Shown: positions 52,005 to 64,000 of the stretch, one piece after another
How positions within the stretch are numbered: the stretch's first letter is position 1
Layout: the number at the start of each line of letters is the position of its first letter
DNA from: Octopus bimaculoides
Taxonomy: Eukaryota
NCBI RefSeq assembly: GCF_001194135.2
Contig: NC_068983.1
Coordinates: forward strand, 81,103,515 to 81,167,514
DNA length: 64,000 nt
Direction of reading: 5' to 3'
Program-made: the position numbers and the translations under genes
The notes under the pieces: generated by a model
What the model was told of the DNA's origin: nothing
The model's database searches: none
Seen by the model: the letters and a program-made list of their open reading frames with translations, nothing else

Positions 52005-53280
52005 TGGCACAAGGCCAACAATACCAAGGAAGGGGTACATTGATAACATAAACCCCAGTGTTCAAATGTTACTTATTTTATTGACCCAGAAGGAATGAAA
52101 AGCTAAGTCAACAACAGTGGGGTTTGAACACAGAACATAAAGTAAGAAGCATTTTTCTCAACGCACTAATGATTCCGTCAGCTTGCTACTTTTCATACTA
52201 TTAATAATGATAACAATAATGATAACAGCAATTAAATCTAAAATTTTACTCTGAATTTTGAGCGTTAACTCTTTTGGTTTTAGCTAAGGATGTTATTTTT
52301 AGGAATAAAATCTTTTCCATATTGAAACATGGAAAAATGAAATTTGGAGCAATGACAATCTAAAATATATCAGCTTACTCACACACACACACACAAAGAC
52401 ACAATTGCTTATAATGCCTGCACAATATATAGCTATTCACTGCGTTCAATGATAAGCATAATTTCATAAAATTGTTTAAGAAATTTTTTTCTAAATATAG
52501 GCTATGCAAATATAAATTCTCTTTTATGTTTTTTACTTGCTTCAGTCATTTGACTGTGGCTATGCTGGAGCACCACCTTAAAGGATTTTAGTTGAAGGAA
52601 TCGACCCCAGGGCTTATTCTTTGTAGGCCCAATACTTATTCTATCAGTCTCTTTTGCTGAACTGCTGAGTTATGGGGGCATTAACACACCAGCATCAGTT
52701 GTCAAGTGATGGTGGGGGGGGGGACAAACACAAACACATATATATATATATATATATATANNNNNNNNNNNNNNNNNNNNNNNNNNNNNNNNNNNNNNNN
52801 NNNNNNNNNNNNNNNNNNNNNNNNNNNNNNNNNNNNNNNNNNNNNNNNNNNNNNNNNNNNNNNNNNNNNNNNNNNNNNNNNNNNNNNNNNNNNNNNNNNN
52901 NNNNNNNNNNNNNNNNNNNNNNNNNNNNNNNNNNNNNNNNNNNNNNNNNNNNNNNNNNNNNNNNNNNNNNNNNNNNNNNNNNNNNNNNNNNNNNNNNNNN
53001 NNNNNNNNNNNNNNNNNNNNNNNNNNNNNNNNNNNNNNNNNNNNNNNNNNNNNNNNNNNNNNNNNNNNNNNNNNNNNNNNNNNNNNNNNNNNNNNNNNNN
53101 NNNNNNNNNNNNNNNNNNNNNNNNNNNNNNNNNNNNNATATATATATATATATATATATATACAACAGGCTTCTTTCAGTTTCCATCTACTAAATCCACT
53201 CACAAGGCTTTGGTGCCATGCAGTGGGACTGACCTCGGAACTATGTGGTTGAGAAGCAAGCTTCTTACAACAGCCATGCC
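52005..53280 (-). mobile_element. Cluster of SINEs: family B (52005-52195), family C (52535-52735), family A (53165-53280, after the gap)
   Basis: Reverse-complement matches to the copies described above. Confidence 0.75.
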
Positions 53281-54654
53281 TGAATGTTGAAGTTTTCATG
53301 AATATCATCTTGTGAGCAGTCTGGTTCTTTAATTCACTGCAAGTTATGGTTTGAATTACAAATCTAAAGAACCACAGACTACAGTTTTCTCTAAGTTATT
53401 CCCAGGGAGTGATATCACTGTCAAGCTTTTGAGATGTTTACTTCTCAGGTCCTTGCAATGCCTTTTCTTCTTGTAATGAAAGTTTCTGCTATGTGGTCTG
53501 TTATATAATGTAAGTTATTTTCACATGCACCTATTGAAACATGTGAATAACATGACTCACTCATCTGGTATCAATTCCAAATAAGAGAAATGTACTTTGA
53601 ATATGAGCTCTGTCATAGACTACATTATACAGAACCTGTCTTACCAGCTGATTTTAATCATTCTGCAGAGAAAGTCATGTTGAAATACTTCAGTTGCCCA
53701 GCATATCTGCTGTGTATTATTCCTGTTTTGCAGGCATATAAAAGTGGAGGTAGAACAATAGCAAAAATATATTTTCAGGTTAATCATTAGGTTTATTATG
53801 ATAATCTGTAGAAGCATGAATTAGATAGGAAATACAAAACAAAACCTCTGTTTCATGCTATCTACAAGATGAAGCAGAGATTAATGTTTTGGGTAAAGCT
53901 TTTCATTCCCTAATGAATGGCACCACCTGGAATATTACTCATTTTCATCTCAGTACACCAAAAACATCAGATTGTATGATTTTAGGCTGTCTAGTTCACT
54001 TACAAGTTCATTTTTAATATGAACCTGCCTGAGGTTGCCCATACTAAAATATTTATATTTAAATTAGAAATCTTTACTAGAATCTCAATGTATTATGAAA
54101 AACACAGTAATATATCAGATACTGAATACTAGTATAATATACTAATAAAATATTAGGGTAAAGAGTAATTAAGAACACTTAAAACATGTATAATGTACAT
54201 TAGTCTATGATTAAATTTCAGATGATTTTTTTTATTTACTGAAGAGAAGAATAAGATGCTGTTACATCATTTTAATCTTTATCACTAAGACTTTTGAATA
54301 AATAATTGTAGAGTTTCTGTTATACATTTTTACAGTATCCTGAACTCCCTTTCTCTCTCTCTCTCTCTCACTCCCTATTTATATACATATATATATATAA
54401 AGTCATAAATGACAGAGAAATAGTCTGATGAAATTTTATTTAAGAATATGAACATTCTGATATGACAAATTGTTTCATATTGATAAATAAAATTTCATCA
54501 AACTGTTTCTCATCATTTATGACTTTATACCCTCCTTATAGTTTTCTCTTGTATTATACTATATATTCTATATGTTATGTAGAATGATACAGTAAGGAGC
54601 TTTTGTTATGAGTACTACTGGGTTACTTGAATCCATATATTGTGACTTAAATTA

Positions 54655-55780
54655 TTTTTTTATTCTTTTGTTTCAGTCATTTGACTGCGGCCATGCAGGA
54701 GCACTGCTTTTGGTCGAACAAATTGACCCCAGGACTCTTGGTTTTTGTTTTGTTGAACCACTAATTTATGGGGATGTAAACACAGACCCACAAACATATA
54801 CACACACAAAACACACACACACATATATATGACAGGCTTCTTTCACTTTCCATCTACTAAATTCACTCACAAGGCTTTGGTTTGCCCGAGGCTATAGCAG
54901 AAGACATGCAGTGGGACTGAATCCAGAACCAGGTGGTTGGTAAACAAGCAACTTACCATACAGCCACTCCTGCACCTATATGTCTTCATACACACACATA
55001 TATACATCATCATCATTTGAGGTCCCTTTTTCATACTGGAATGGGTTGAAGAATTTGACAGGAACTGATGAGCCAGAGAGATGTGTTGAGCTCTAATGTC
55101 TGCTTTTGCATGGTTTCTACAGCTGGTTGTCTTTCTTAATGCCAACCATTTCAAAAAGAGTACTGGGTGCTTCTTTTCATGGCACCAACACAGGTAAATC
55201 ACCTAGTACATGTACAAGACCCTCTCAACTGAGTGGGGTGTAGTACTGAAGGATATGAAAGTATGATAGAGGGACAAAAAGCAGGTGTCTTGCTGAAGAG
55301 GTTAATACATAGTTTCCTCAGAGAGAGGAGGGGAGCAGAAAGAGAGAGGAACAGAAAAGGTGGGTAGGTAAGTGCACTGGGGTGAAAAGAGTGATGGATG
55401 ATTAGAGATGGAGATTGAGGTGGAACTGTAACAGTTTGAGGGAGGGAAAGTGAAGGAAAGGAAACAGAAGTTGGTAAGGGAGAAGGAGGAGGTGATAAGA
55501 AACAGTAGGAATACAACGTGGACTGTAGGGTTAGTGGGTATCATTTGCAGCATTTGAATTAGAAGGAAGATTGATGGAGGGATGGGTAGAAGATAAATAG
55601 TAGGGGAAGGCTTGACAGGACCTCATCTTTTGCATTTTGATCCCTCAATATCTCCTCCAAGAGGTGCAACATTTTGAAGTCAATCTTCCCTACTTCATCC
55701 TTTGTCTTCCTGAGTCTCCCTTCTCCACAGGTTCCTTCATGCTTAGTAATTAATGTTGCTTGGACCAATAGTTTAGAATG
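54655..55780 (-). mobile_element. Family C and A SINEs (54655-54975) followed by a decayed RTE 3' end (55010-55780)
   Basis: ORF 55559..55768 HEGTCGEGRLRKTKDEVGKIDF is homologous to the RTE C-terminus at 49574; 3'UTR homologous to 48880-49050. Confidence 0.7.
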
Positions 55781-57379
55781 TACTTCTCATTTAACAAGGG
55801 ATAAATATCTCTGACTTGATATTTCAATACGTTTTGAATACAAAGCAACCCTTTGTGTATCTGTAACATGTGTGTGTGTGTTTGTGTGTATGTTGTGCAT
55901 GAGTGTGTGTAGTGTGCATGTGTATGTATCTATATGTATCATGTGTATATTTATCTATATGAAGATGAATTAAAAGAAATAAGAGTGACTAGTGGCATGT
56001 ATTTGAACAACTGAGATGAATAAAGACACTAAATACCATACAACATGAATTTTGGATTTAGTGAAATTTTCTCCACTTCCAGAGAAAGTAAAATAAACAC
56101 CTGGAAGCACCAGGTGTTTATTTTATCCACACCAAATTAGGTGGAATGAAAATTTCAAGAATCAAGAATTCTTCAAAATTGACAAGATAACAAAGGTAAA
56201 GCACTGATTGTCTGTGGCTATGAACATGTGTTTCTGCATCATCTGTACAACAGTTGTTCTAACTAGTTTCCAACAGTTATATATCGTTATCATCATCATC
56301 ATATTTTAACATCCGTTGTCCATGCTGGCATGGTTTGGACAGTTTGACCAGGGCTGGTAAGCTGAGGGGCTGCACACATATATATACACATATATATATA
56401 CATATATATATACATACACACATAATGGGTGGTACACCTACACCTACTTCTAAACATTTATTTAAAAACACATATAAAAGGTTGTAAGTCATTAGACACA
56501 TTTTATACACCATATATGTTTGTATATATATTTACAAATATATTGAACTCTTTCCTTCATTTCAATATTCTATATTTATTAAGGACTTTGAGAACACTGA
56601 CGATAACTTTTAATGATTTTGATAAAGAAATGAAGCTATAACTCTCAGATATTATAATTAAATGCAGAAGTAATTCCCATGCACTTTCAAACATAGCATT
56701 ATTTTTTCTTTCTGAAATGAAAACATCACTCAGAAAGAAGTGAAAAAAGCTAGAAAATTACAAAAAAAGTCTTGACATGGAAATGATGAGAGAAAAATGG
56801 TATGAATAATAATTCGTGAATTGTGTATAACAAAAAATACAAAGGCAGTACACAAAACATTGGCAGACAGCTAAAACATGAGACCAGACCTCACATGTTT
56901 GTACACATTAACAAAACATATTTACAACAAACAAGAACAACCCTTAAACAATAAGAAACAACAAAAACAAAATTTGAAACACATCTCAACAAACGATGAT
57001 GCATGTGTACACCTCAGGAAGAAAGAGAAGAATCTGATAAATAGTGAAAGATGAGGGAAAGGGTAAGTACGGTATAAACTGAACACATTAAAAATTTGAT
57101 GAACAGAATAAATATAAAGTTATGTAATAATAAACAAAATATAATTGAAACAATGACATCACAGATTCAGTAATCCACCGGTTAGGTCAAGAACCCACTA
57201 GCTAGGTCAAGTCTGAGTCTCCCCTATAACTATGCCTACTTGTTATATTGAAAATGGGTAAACTCAAAGGCAACCATAAGCATATTCTTTGTTGGTTATA
57301 CTAAAAATGTATCCAATTTCTCCTAGGTGACTTTATTTTTCTATCACAATGATATGCTACTTCTTCTCAGCTTCTATTC

Positions 57380-58150
57380 ACTCTCCATCAGCTGAAGTAG
57401 AAAGTATAGTACTCCTGAGTGGGGTTCATCACCCTCATCTGTTTTGGGGAATGAAGATGAGCACTTTCTAAAACTTTGGCAAGTAATGCTGTTGGAACAG
57501 CTGCCTCCAGGACCTACTGTTGCTGGGTTGCTTTGGTTGACATATTTTGCTCTGAATTTCCAGCTCCTTAGGGTAAAAAGTCCTACAAGGGCTTCTGCAC
57601 CCACAAGTCTAACAATTGGGCTTTCTACTCAGCACTTCTAGTCTCATTGCATATGGCTTGAGGTCTGGAGAGATCACAAAAACTTGCAAATCCAAGTTGA
57701 TTTCCACCTTTTATCACTTTTCATTTCTTGTCATCTGTACATTTATCACTTACTAATCTTGTGCTATGAAAGTAATCATAACCCAAACATAACAAATGTT
57801 ACTGCCAATTCCCTCTGACTGGTACCTGTGTGTTGCACTGGACCTTGTAGTGTGATACAAGCCAATAGGCATCACACGAGCGCTGCTTACCACTTTGCAT
57901 TTCCTTTGAATTTGAAGAAGAGAGAAGAAACTACTGAATGTTCTGTTTCACTTGTAGACAAGATAATGTCAAACACTTCAGTCAGGGCCTCCTCCAATGC
58001 ATCCTTAGCAAGCATACAAAATTCTGCCACAGAGGTAAGTCAAATTCTCTATGCTTCTTTTGAAACCAATTTTTGGAGTAAGAAGACAGAGACCTTCTTG
58101 AAATACCTCTGTCACACTTGTCTATGTTTAGGCTTCCTTTACTGAATGTA
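57380..58150 (-). mobile_element. Decayed LINE ORF1/gag-like remnant with a degenerate zinc knuckle
   Basis: Disrupted minus frame ...KVEINLDLQVFVISPDLKPYAMRLEVLSRKPNC*TCGCRSPCRTFYP, a decayed C-X2-C-X4-H-X4-C pattern. Confidence 0.5.
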
Positions 58151-58604
58151 ACATTTGCAAAACTGTGTATGTAAAGCAATATATTGTTGTTGCTGTTATT
58201 GTTAAATGAGTTGTCAAAATTGCTCTCATTTGTATTAAACTACAGATATATATTTTGTCTCAAAATGTTACTGCTTTCTTTTACAATATTTTCGTCTATT
58301 TCCTTTTTTCTTGTTTTTTTTTTTTTTGGTGCTTTTTGTACCGGTGTTAAGGCTTTTGTTTGTCTAAGGGCATTTACTGCTAACATTTTGTGTTGAATGT
58401 CAGCTAATAAAAGAGTTGTTTTTTTTTCCCCTTTGTCCAATTTGGGTGAAAACTTTTTAAAAAACCTGCTTATCTTTTTTTCTGAATCAATTCAAAGGTA
58501 ATGACACAGAAAAATTCCAGGTTAGAAAGAAAAAAAAAATCCCAAAATGAGAGCAGTATGAAGCACATCTTGACACAGTAAAATCAAATAATGATAATAA
58601 TAAT

Positions 58605-59060
58605 GATAATCATTTCTGCTAAAGGCACAAGGCTTGAAATTTTGTAGGAGGGAACTGGTTGGATTATACTGACCCCAATGCTTAACTGGTACTTGATTTA
58701 TTGAGGCCAAAAGAATGAAATACAAAGTTGACCTCAGTGATATTTGAACCCAGAATGTAAAGAAGAATGAAATGATGCAATGCAATTTGTCTTGCATGCT
58801 AACAATTCTGCCAATTTGTGGCCTTAATAACAATAACAATAATAGTTTCAAATTTTGGCACAAAGCCAGCAAGTTGTGGGGAGAGGTTAAGTCGATTACA
58901 ACACCCCTAGTGCAAAACTGGTACTTATTTTATCAACCCCAAAAGGATGAAAGACAAAGGTCGGCCTTGACAGAATTTGAACTCAGATTGTAAAGACAGA
59001 TGAAATGCCACTATGCATTTAGCACATCATCCTAACGACTCTGCCAGCTCGTCACCTTTG
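58605..59060 (-). mobile_element. Two tandem family B SINEs (58605-58825, 58850-59060)
   Basis: Both carry ggatgaaa...aaag(t/g)t.gacc/gcc...gaatttgaac.cagaatgtaaag...ctgcca. Confidence 0.85.
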
Positions 59061-59061
59061 T

Positions 59062-59096
<35 letters not shown>

Positions 59097-60761
59097 TAGT
59101 AGTAGTATCAATAATCATAGCAACAATAACAGTATCTGACATTATATCCATTTCAAAGATCCAAAGATTACCTCTCTGAAAACAAAAACAAAAAAAACCT
59201 ATTCTACCATATTGTTACATCTCCGGATGACATGATTTTTCATCCAATATCAACTATATTTACATATCCATTTCACATTGGTGATACACATTACAAAAAA
59301 AAAAAAAAGCTGGTCAACACATGTCAAAGGATTTAGGCCTCTGATTAAAGACAGGGTTTAAAGTAAAGGATTTAACCAAAGAAAACCTGTGTTAGGAAAA
59401 ACACCACAATGATGTCTTTAAAATAGAGTATTTATTTCACTAATCTGAATAACATGAAGCTACTTTTTCTATGCCTCATTTTCCCCACACCATCCTCTTA
59501 ATGTACACCGGCATCAAGGGATTGAGTAAAAAAAAAAAAAATGTTTTGATGCCAGTTATATTGATGATGATGATAACACTTTGATGATATAAGGATACAA
59601 ACAGATGCTGAAGATGATTTTGATGCAGTAAAAAAAAAATTGCATGTTTGCAATGCATTAAGGTGGTTACCATAGAGACTACAGCCTGAACATTCAATGA
59701 GGCATCATTTACTCAAGGACAATAAAATACAAGTGTATGCTACTGACACACCTCCCATCCAACCCATGCAGAAAATAGTTTGGAATCAGAAAGAGGGGAA
59801 TAGGCTGTCTAGTCCCTGGGTATTCCACAAAACTGATTGCACACAACTATGAACTAAACTCCCTAACCCATACCATTCAAACATAAGAAAAAGCATGAAG
59901 GAATACATACATATATATATATATACATATGTACATACATAAATATATACATACATATACACAAATATACATACTTACATATACATACATATATATTTAT
60001 ATTTATACACACACACACACATATATTTATACACACACACACACGTGTGTGTGTGTGTGAACAGAAACGCACCTACACATATGCACACACACATGTATAT
60101 CTAATTGGATCTGCATGCATTAATATGTGTGTGTATGTGAAACAAATATTTTCCTATTATCACAACAATGATAATTATTTCATAATAGATGAATGATATT
60201 TCCTTATCATCACTATTATGATTATCATAATCACCAAAATCTGTATCACTAACAATAACTGCAATAACTACAACAACATCATCAGCAGCATTGCCATTAT
60301 CATTATTAAGATTTCCTCCTATCAAAACAATAATATAATTTCCTCTACGAAAACTAATTTTTATAAAAAAAAGAAATTCCAGTAAAATGTAAAAAAACAA
60401 AAAATAAAAAGATAAACAGAACACCTAACAAAATACAAATGAAAGACAAAAATACATATAAAGCTACCAACAAAAAAATATGTAAAGGAAAGAAATTTGG
60501 TAAAAATTTATAATTTTATTTCTAAAACAAAAACTTCAATGAAGGGCAGCCATATAGGAAAACCAATAACCTCTGCAGAACCTTATTTTGTTCTGAAAGA
60601 AAAGATCCCATTCTTCAAAAGCCAAATAATGCGAATGGGATATGCAAAATAGATTATACAGAGGAAATATAAAGATCACAAGGTATTTAGATTACACTGA
60701 AAGAATGAAGGAGATCAAAAGATACTTAAATTACACAGAGGAAAAATAAAACAAAAATATA

Positions 60762-60794
<33 letters not shown>

Positions 60795-60823
60795 GAGTAA
60801 TAATAATAATAACAGTGATGATG

Positions 60824-60855
<32 letters not shown>

Positions 60856-61158
60856 CACATCAACTCAAAGTAAAAAAAAAGGGAAAGGAATGAAAAATCA
60901 TGGGATATTACGATTACATGGAGAAAGTCGGGAGATCACAAGATAGTTAGATTATATAGCTGGGATAAAAAGATAGGGGCCATGATAGGAGAACTGAGAT
61001 GGAAAACTAGCTGAGAGTGAAAAGGGGGTAAAAAAAAAAAGACAAAAACTGATAGTCTTAACTGGAATGAATAGAACACAGGTACTTTGAAGACTTTAAA
61101 GCTTTATTAAAAATGCTTAATTATATGAGGAGAGCTATCAATAGGTAACATTTAGCTA

Positions 61159-61194
<36 letters not shown>

Positions 61195-61214
61195 ATGATA
61201 TATATATTTCTCCC

Positions 61215-61288
<74 letters not shown>

Positions 61289-62293
61289 GGGAGAGATGTG
61301 TATATCATTCATATATATATATGTATATATACATATGTATATATATATGTGTATATATATACATATATATATATGCATATATATATATATATATGCATAT
61401 ATATATATACATATATATATATATATGTATATATATACATATATATATATGCATATATATATATATNNNNNNNNNNNNNNNNNNNNNNNNNNNNNNNNNN
61501 NNNNNNNNNNNNNNNNNNNNNNNNNNNNNNNNNNNNNNNNNNNNNNNNNNNNNNNNNNNNNNNNNNNNNNNNNNNNNNNNNNNNNNNNNNNNNNNNNNNN
61601 NNNNNNNNNNNNNNNNNNNNNNNNNNNNNNNNNNNNNNNNNNNNNNNNNNNNNNNNNNNNNNNNNNNNNNNNNNNNNNNNNNNNNNNNNNNNNNNNNNNN
61701 NNNNNNNNNNNNNNNNNNNNNNNNNNNNNNNNNNNNNNNNNNNNNNNNNNNNNNNNNNNNNNNNNNNNNNNNNNNNNNNNNNNNNNNNNNNNNNNNNNNN
61801 NNNNNNNNNNNNNNNNNNNNNNNNNNNNNNNNNNNNNNNNNNNNNNNNNNNNNNNNNNNNNNNNNNNNNNNNNNNNNNNNNNNNNNNNNNNNNNNNNNNN
61901 NNNNNNNNNNNNNNNNNNNNNNNNNNNNNNNNNNNNNNNNNNNNNNNNNNNNNNNNNNNNNNNNNNNNNNNNNNNNNNNNNNNNNNNNNNNNNNNNNNNN
62001 NNNNNNNNNNNNNNNNNNNNNNNNNNNNNNNNNNNNNNNNNNNNNNNNNNNNNNNNNNNNNNNNNNNNNNNNNNNNNNNNNNNNNNNNNNNNNNNNNNNN
62101 NNNNNNNNNNNNNNNNNNNNNNNNNNNNNNNNNNNNNNNNNNNNNNNNNNNNNNNNNNNNNNNNNNNNNNNNNNNNNNNNNNNNNNNNNNNNNNNNNNNN
62201 NNNNNNNNNNNNNNNNNNNNNNNNNNNNNNNNNNNNNNNNNNNNNNNNNNNNNNNNNNNNNNNNNNNNNNNNNNNNNNNNNNNNNNNNNNNNN

Positions 62294-62796
62294 CCAAGCA
62301 ACCGGGGATGTTTAAATCCGGAGGCACTCCTGGGGATCACCTGTACGGGTACCGTCTTGGGTAGAGGGCATCCAGAGGCAGGTAATTTATTGTTTAAACC
62401 GTAGTTTATAATTATATTTATGTGGAGAATGGAGCAACAAATACAAGAAGAAGCAATTCTGTTGGGCTAGTTAGCCGTTGTTTTATTATGTGGAGGTTAT
62501 GTAATGAGTCATTGTGGAGGTTGAGGTTAAGTAGTGAGTTATTGTGAATGTTATGTAATAGTCATTTACGTACGTTTCAATCTAGCCAATGGTTTGGCAG
62601 ATCTCATCAGAATGTTGAGGAGTATGCTAAGAGTTCGTGGTTCGAGGGCTGTAGGAGAAGTGATTGGTGGGTATATTAATGTATATGGTGGTGTGATAAT
62701 AGCGATAGGTAAAGAAAGCCTTACGTTTTAGTTGAAGTTGTGTTGGTCTTCCTGTAAGGGGATGTAGGATGGGTGCTATTTAAGCTCATTATTCCG

Positions 62797-62800
<4 letters not shown>
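62294..62800 (-). mobile_element. Penelope-like element (PLE) pLTR/UTR region, truncated by the assembly gap, inserted in (TA)n
   Basis: Unique, CpG-retaining sequence containing a minimal type I hammerhead; (TA)n on both sides of gap+element; a 54-codon open frame runs into the gap. RT and GIY-YIG motifs are not visible. Confidence 0.6.
62563..62614 (-). ncRNA. Minimal type I hammerhead ribozyme (intact core), predicted cleavage GUA between 62567 and 62566
   Basis: catt-CTGATGA-gatct gccaa acca ttggc t agatt-GAAA-c gtac g-TA-aatg: stem I catt/aatg, 10-bp stem II with one bulge, palindromic ACGTACGT stem III. Confidence 0.85.
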
Positions 62801-62840
<40 letters not shown>

Positions 62841-62887
62841 CATACATATACATACACACAAACACACTCATAGATTGTTATTGGTGC

Positions 62888-63570
62888 AGACATGTCTATG
62901 TGGTTAAGAAGTTAACTTCACAACCACGTGATTTTAGGTTCAATTCCACTGCAACGTACCTTGGGTAAGTGCCTTTGACTGTAGCAAAGGCTAACTAAAA
63001 CTTTTCGAGTGGATTTGTTAGACCACTGAAATATGTCCATCATATGCTTATATCTATGTGTTTCCTTGTCTTGTCACCATATGCTAATTCTGAAAGAGCA
63101 ACATAGTCATGTAGGTGCTGTCATACATTTTAATCATCATCATCATCTAGATCACCATCATCTTTGTCATCATCATTTAATGTCCATATTCCATGCTGAC
63201 ATGGGTTTGCTGGTTTGACAGGACCCAATGTGTTCAAGGACTACATTGAGTTTCAATGCCTGCTTTGGCATGGTTTTTTACCACTGGATGCCCTTCTTAA
63301 AACCAACCACTTTACAGCATTGACTGGGTGCCCTTTTTGTGCCACCTGCACTACTGAGGTCACTATGCATTTTGCAAGATCACAAGCCTTGGGTGAGGTG
63401 GGGACAGTGCAGGTTCCTTGCAGAGGGTATTTGAGTTAAAAAAAAAAACACGAAGAGAAATATTACCTTGTTTGAAAAGAGGTCAGGGTCAGCGACTAGA
63501 AAACAATCTGGCCATAGGATATTTACATCAACAAATTTCATCTGACCAATACAAGCATGGAAAAGTGGAT
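62888..63570. mobile_element. Family A SINE (+, 62888-63030) and RTE-3'UTR-derived fragments (63165-63570)
   Basis: gtggttaagaagttaacttcacaaccacg...cttgggtaagtgcc; tttaatgtccatattccatgctgacatggg...ggatgcccttcttaaaaccaaccac. Confidence 0.7.
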
Positions 63571-64000
63571 ATTTAAATGGGATATGATGATTATATATAC
63601 ACACACACAAATATATTTATTCATTAGTTCAGTCTTTTATATCCAGTTTATGCATGAATAAAATGAATGTCTTTTGAGGCACTGTTTTACATCCAATACC
63701 CTTCTTGTTGCTAACCCTTATTTGTTTTTCAGTTAAGGGATCTCTTATTTCTCTCATATTTCAAAGCACAAAGCCAGCAAATAATTTGTTGAGAGCAGAA
63801 ATGATCGCAACATCACCATTTGTAGTTCACAATATTCAGAGAATATGTTACCAAAGACATATGTAAATATATATCTATATATATATATAAATACATGCAG
63901 CTACATATATACAAATATTTATATATAGCATACATATACATAATGCATACAAGTACATACACACCCATATGTACAAGCATGGCTGTCGATGATTAAAACA

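Larger units (their letters stand above)
7111..62293. other. Assembly gaps at 7111-7125, 7701-8662, 9886-10103, 16045-16188, 19016-19273, 36395-36518, 47000-47817, 49747-49880, 52761-53137, 61467-62293
   Basis: N runs; most abut (TA)n, (CA)n or (GT)n tracts. All ORFs longer than 150 aa in the track span these gaps. Confidence 0.99.

Noticed and set aside
53645-53662. 18-nt minus-strand microexon candidate
   Set aside because: Stops in phase 0 and phase 1, so it is incompatible with the phase-1 exon chain.
57828-58145. 105-aa plus-strand ORF as a standalone gene
   Set aside because: It lies antisense to a decayed LINE ORF1 remnant and has no recognisable domain; kept only as a speculative exonised piece.
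7487-62404. All long ORFs (more than 150 aa) in the ORF track
   Set aside because: They span N gaps and (TA)n/(CA)n tracts; they are translation artefacts.

Overview
This is AT-rich, microsatellite-dense eukaryotic (invertebrate) DNA from a gapped short-read scaffold with 10 N-runs, most abutting TA/CA/GT microsatellite tracts. The SINE/LINE families look like those of Octopus; this is my inference from recalled repeat families, not a database match. No complete gene is present, and almost all listed ORFs are microsatellite or N-gap artefacts. The window appears to be mostly intronic sequence of a large minus-strand gene whose identity I cannot establish. That gene is supported by two clean frame-preserving exons (45431-45478 and 29979-30101) and weaker candidates, including a 15-nt microexon at 37631-37645. 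The rest is tRNA-derived SINEs, decayed RTE and other LINE remnants, and hAT and pogo-type MITEs with TIRs/TSDs. The most notable signals are structured RNA/DNA elements. (1) An intact-looking minimal type I hammerhead ribozyme (HHR) in a Penelope-like element at 62563-62614. (2) A ~510-bp palindrome made of two head-to-head 'tRNA head + (AAT)n + HHR-like tail' units at 11824-12337. (3) A 58-bp-arm inverted repeat whose spacer holds a hammerhead-like core at 50432-50605, with a further HHR half-motif 200 bp away. (4) A ~314-nt long imperfect hairpin at 42460-42773 with a plus-strand G-U bias. All alignments and counts were done by hand; repeat boundaries are approximate.
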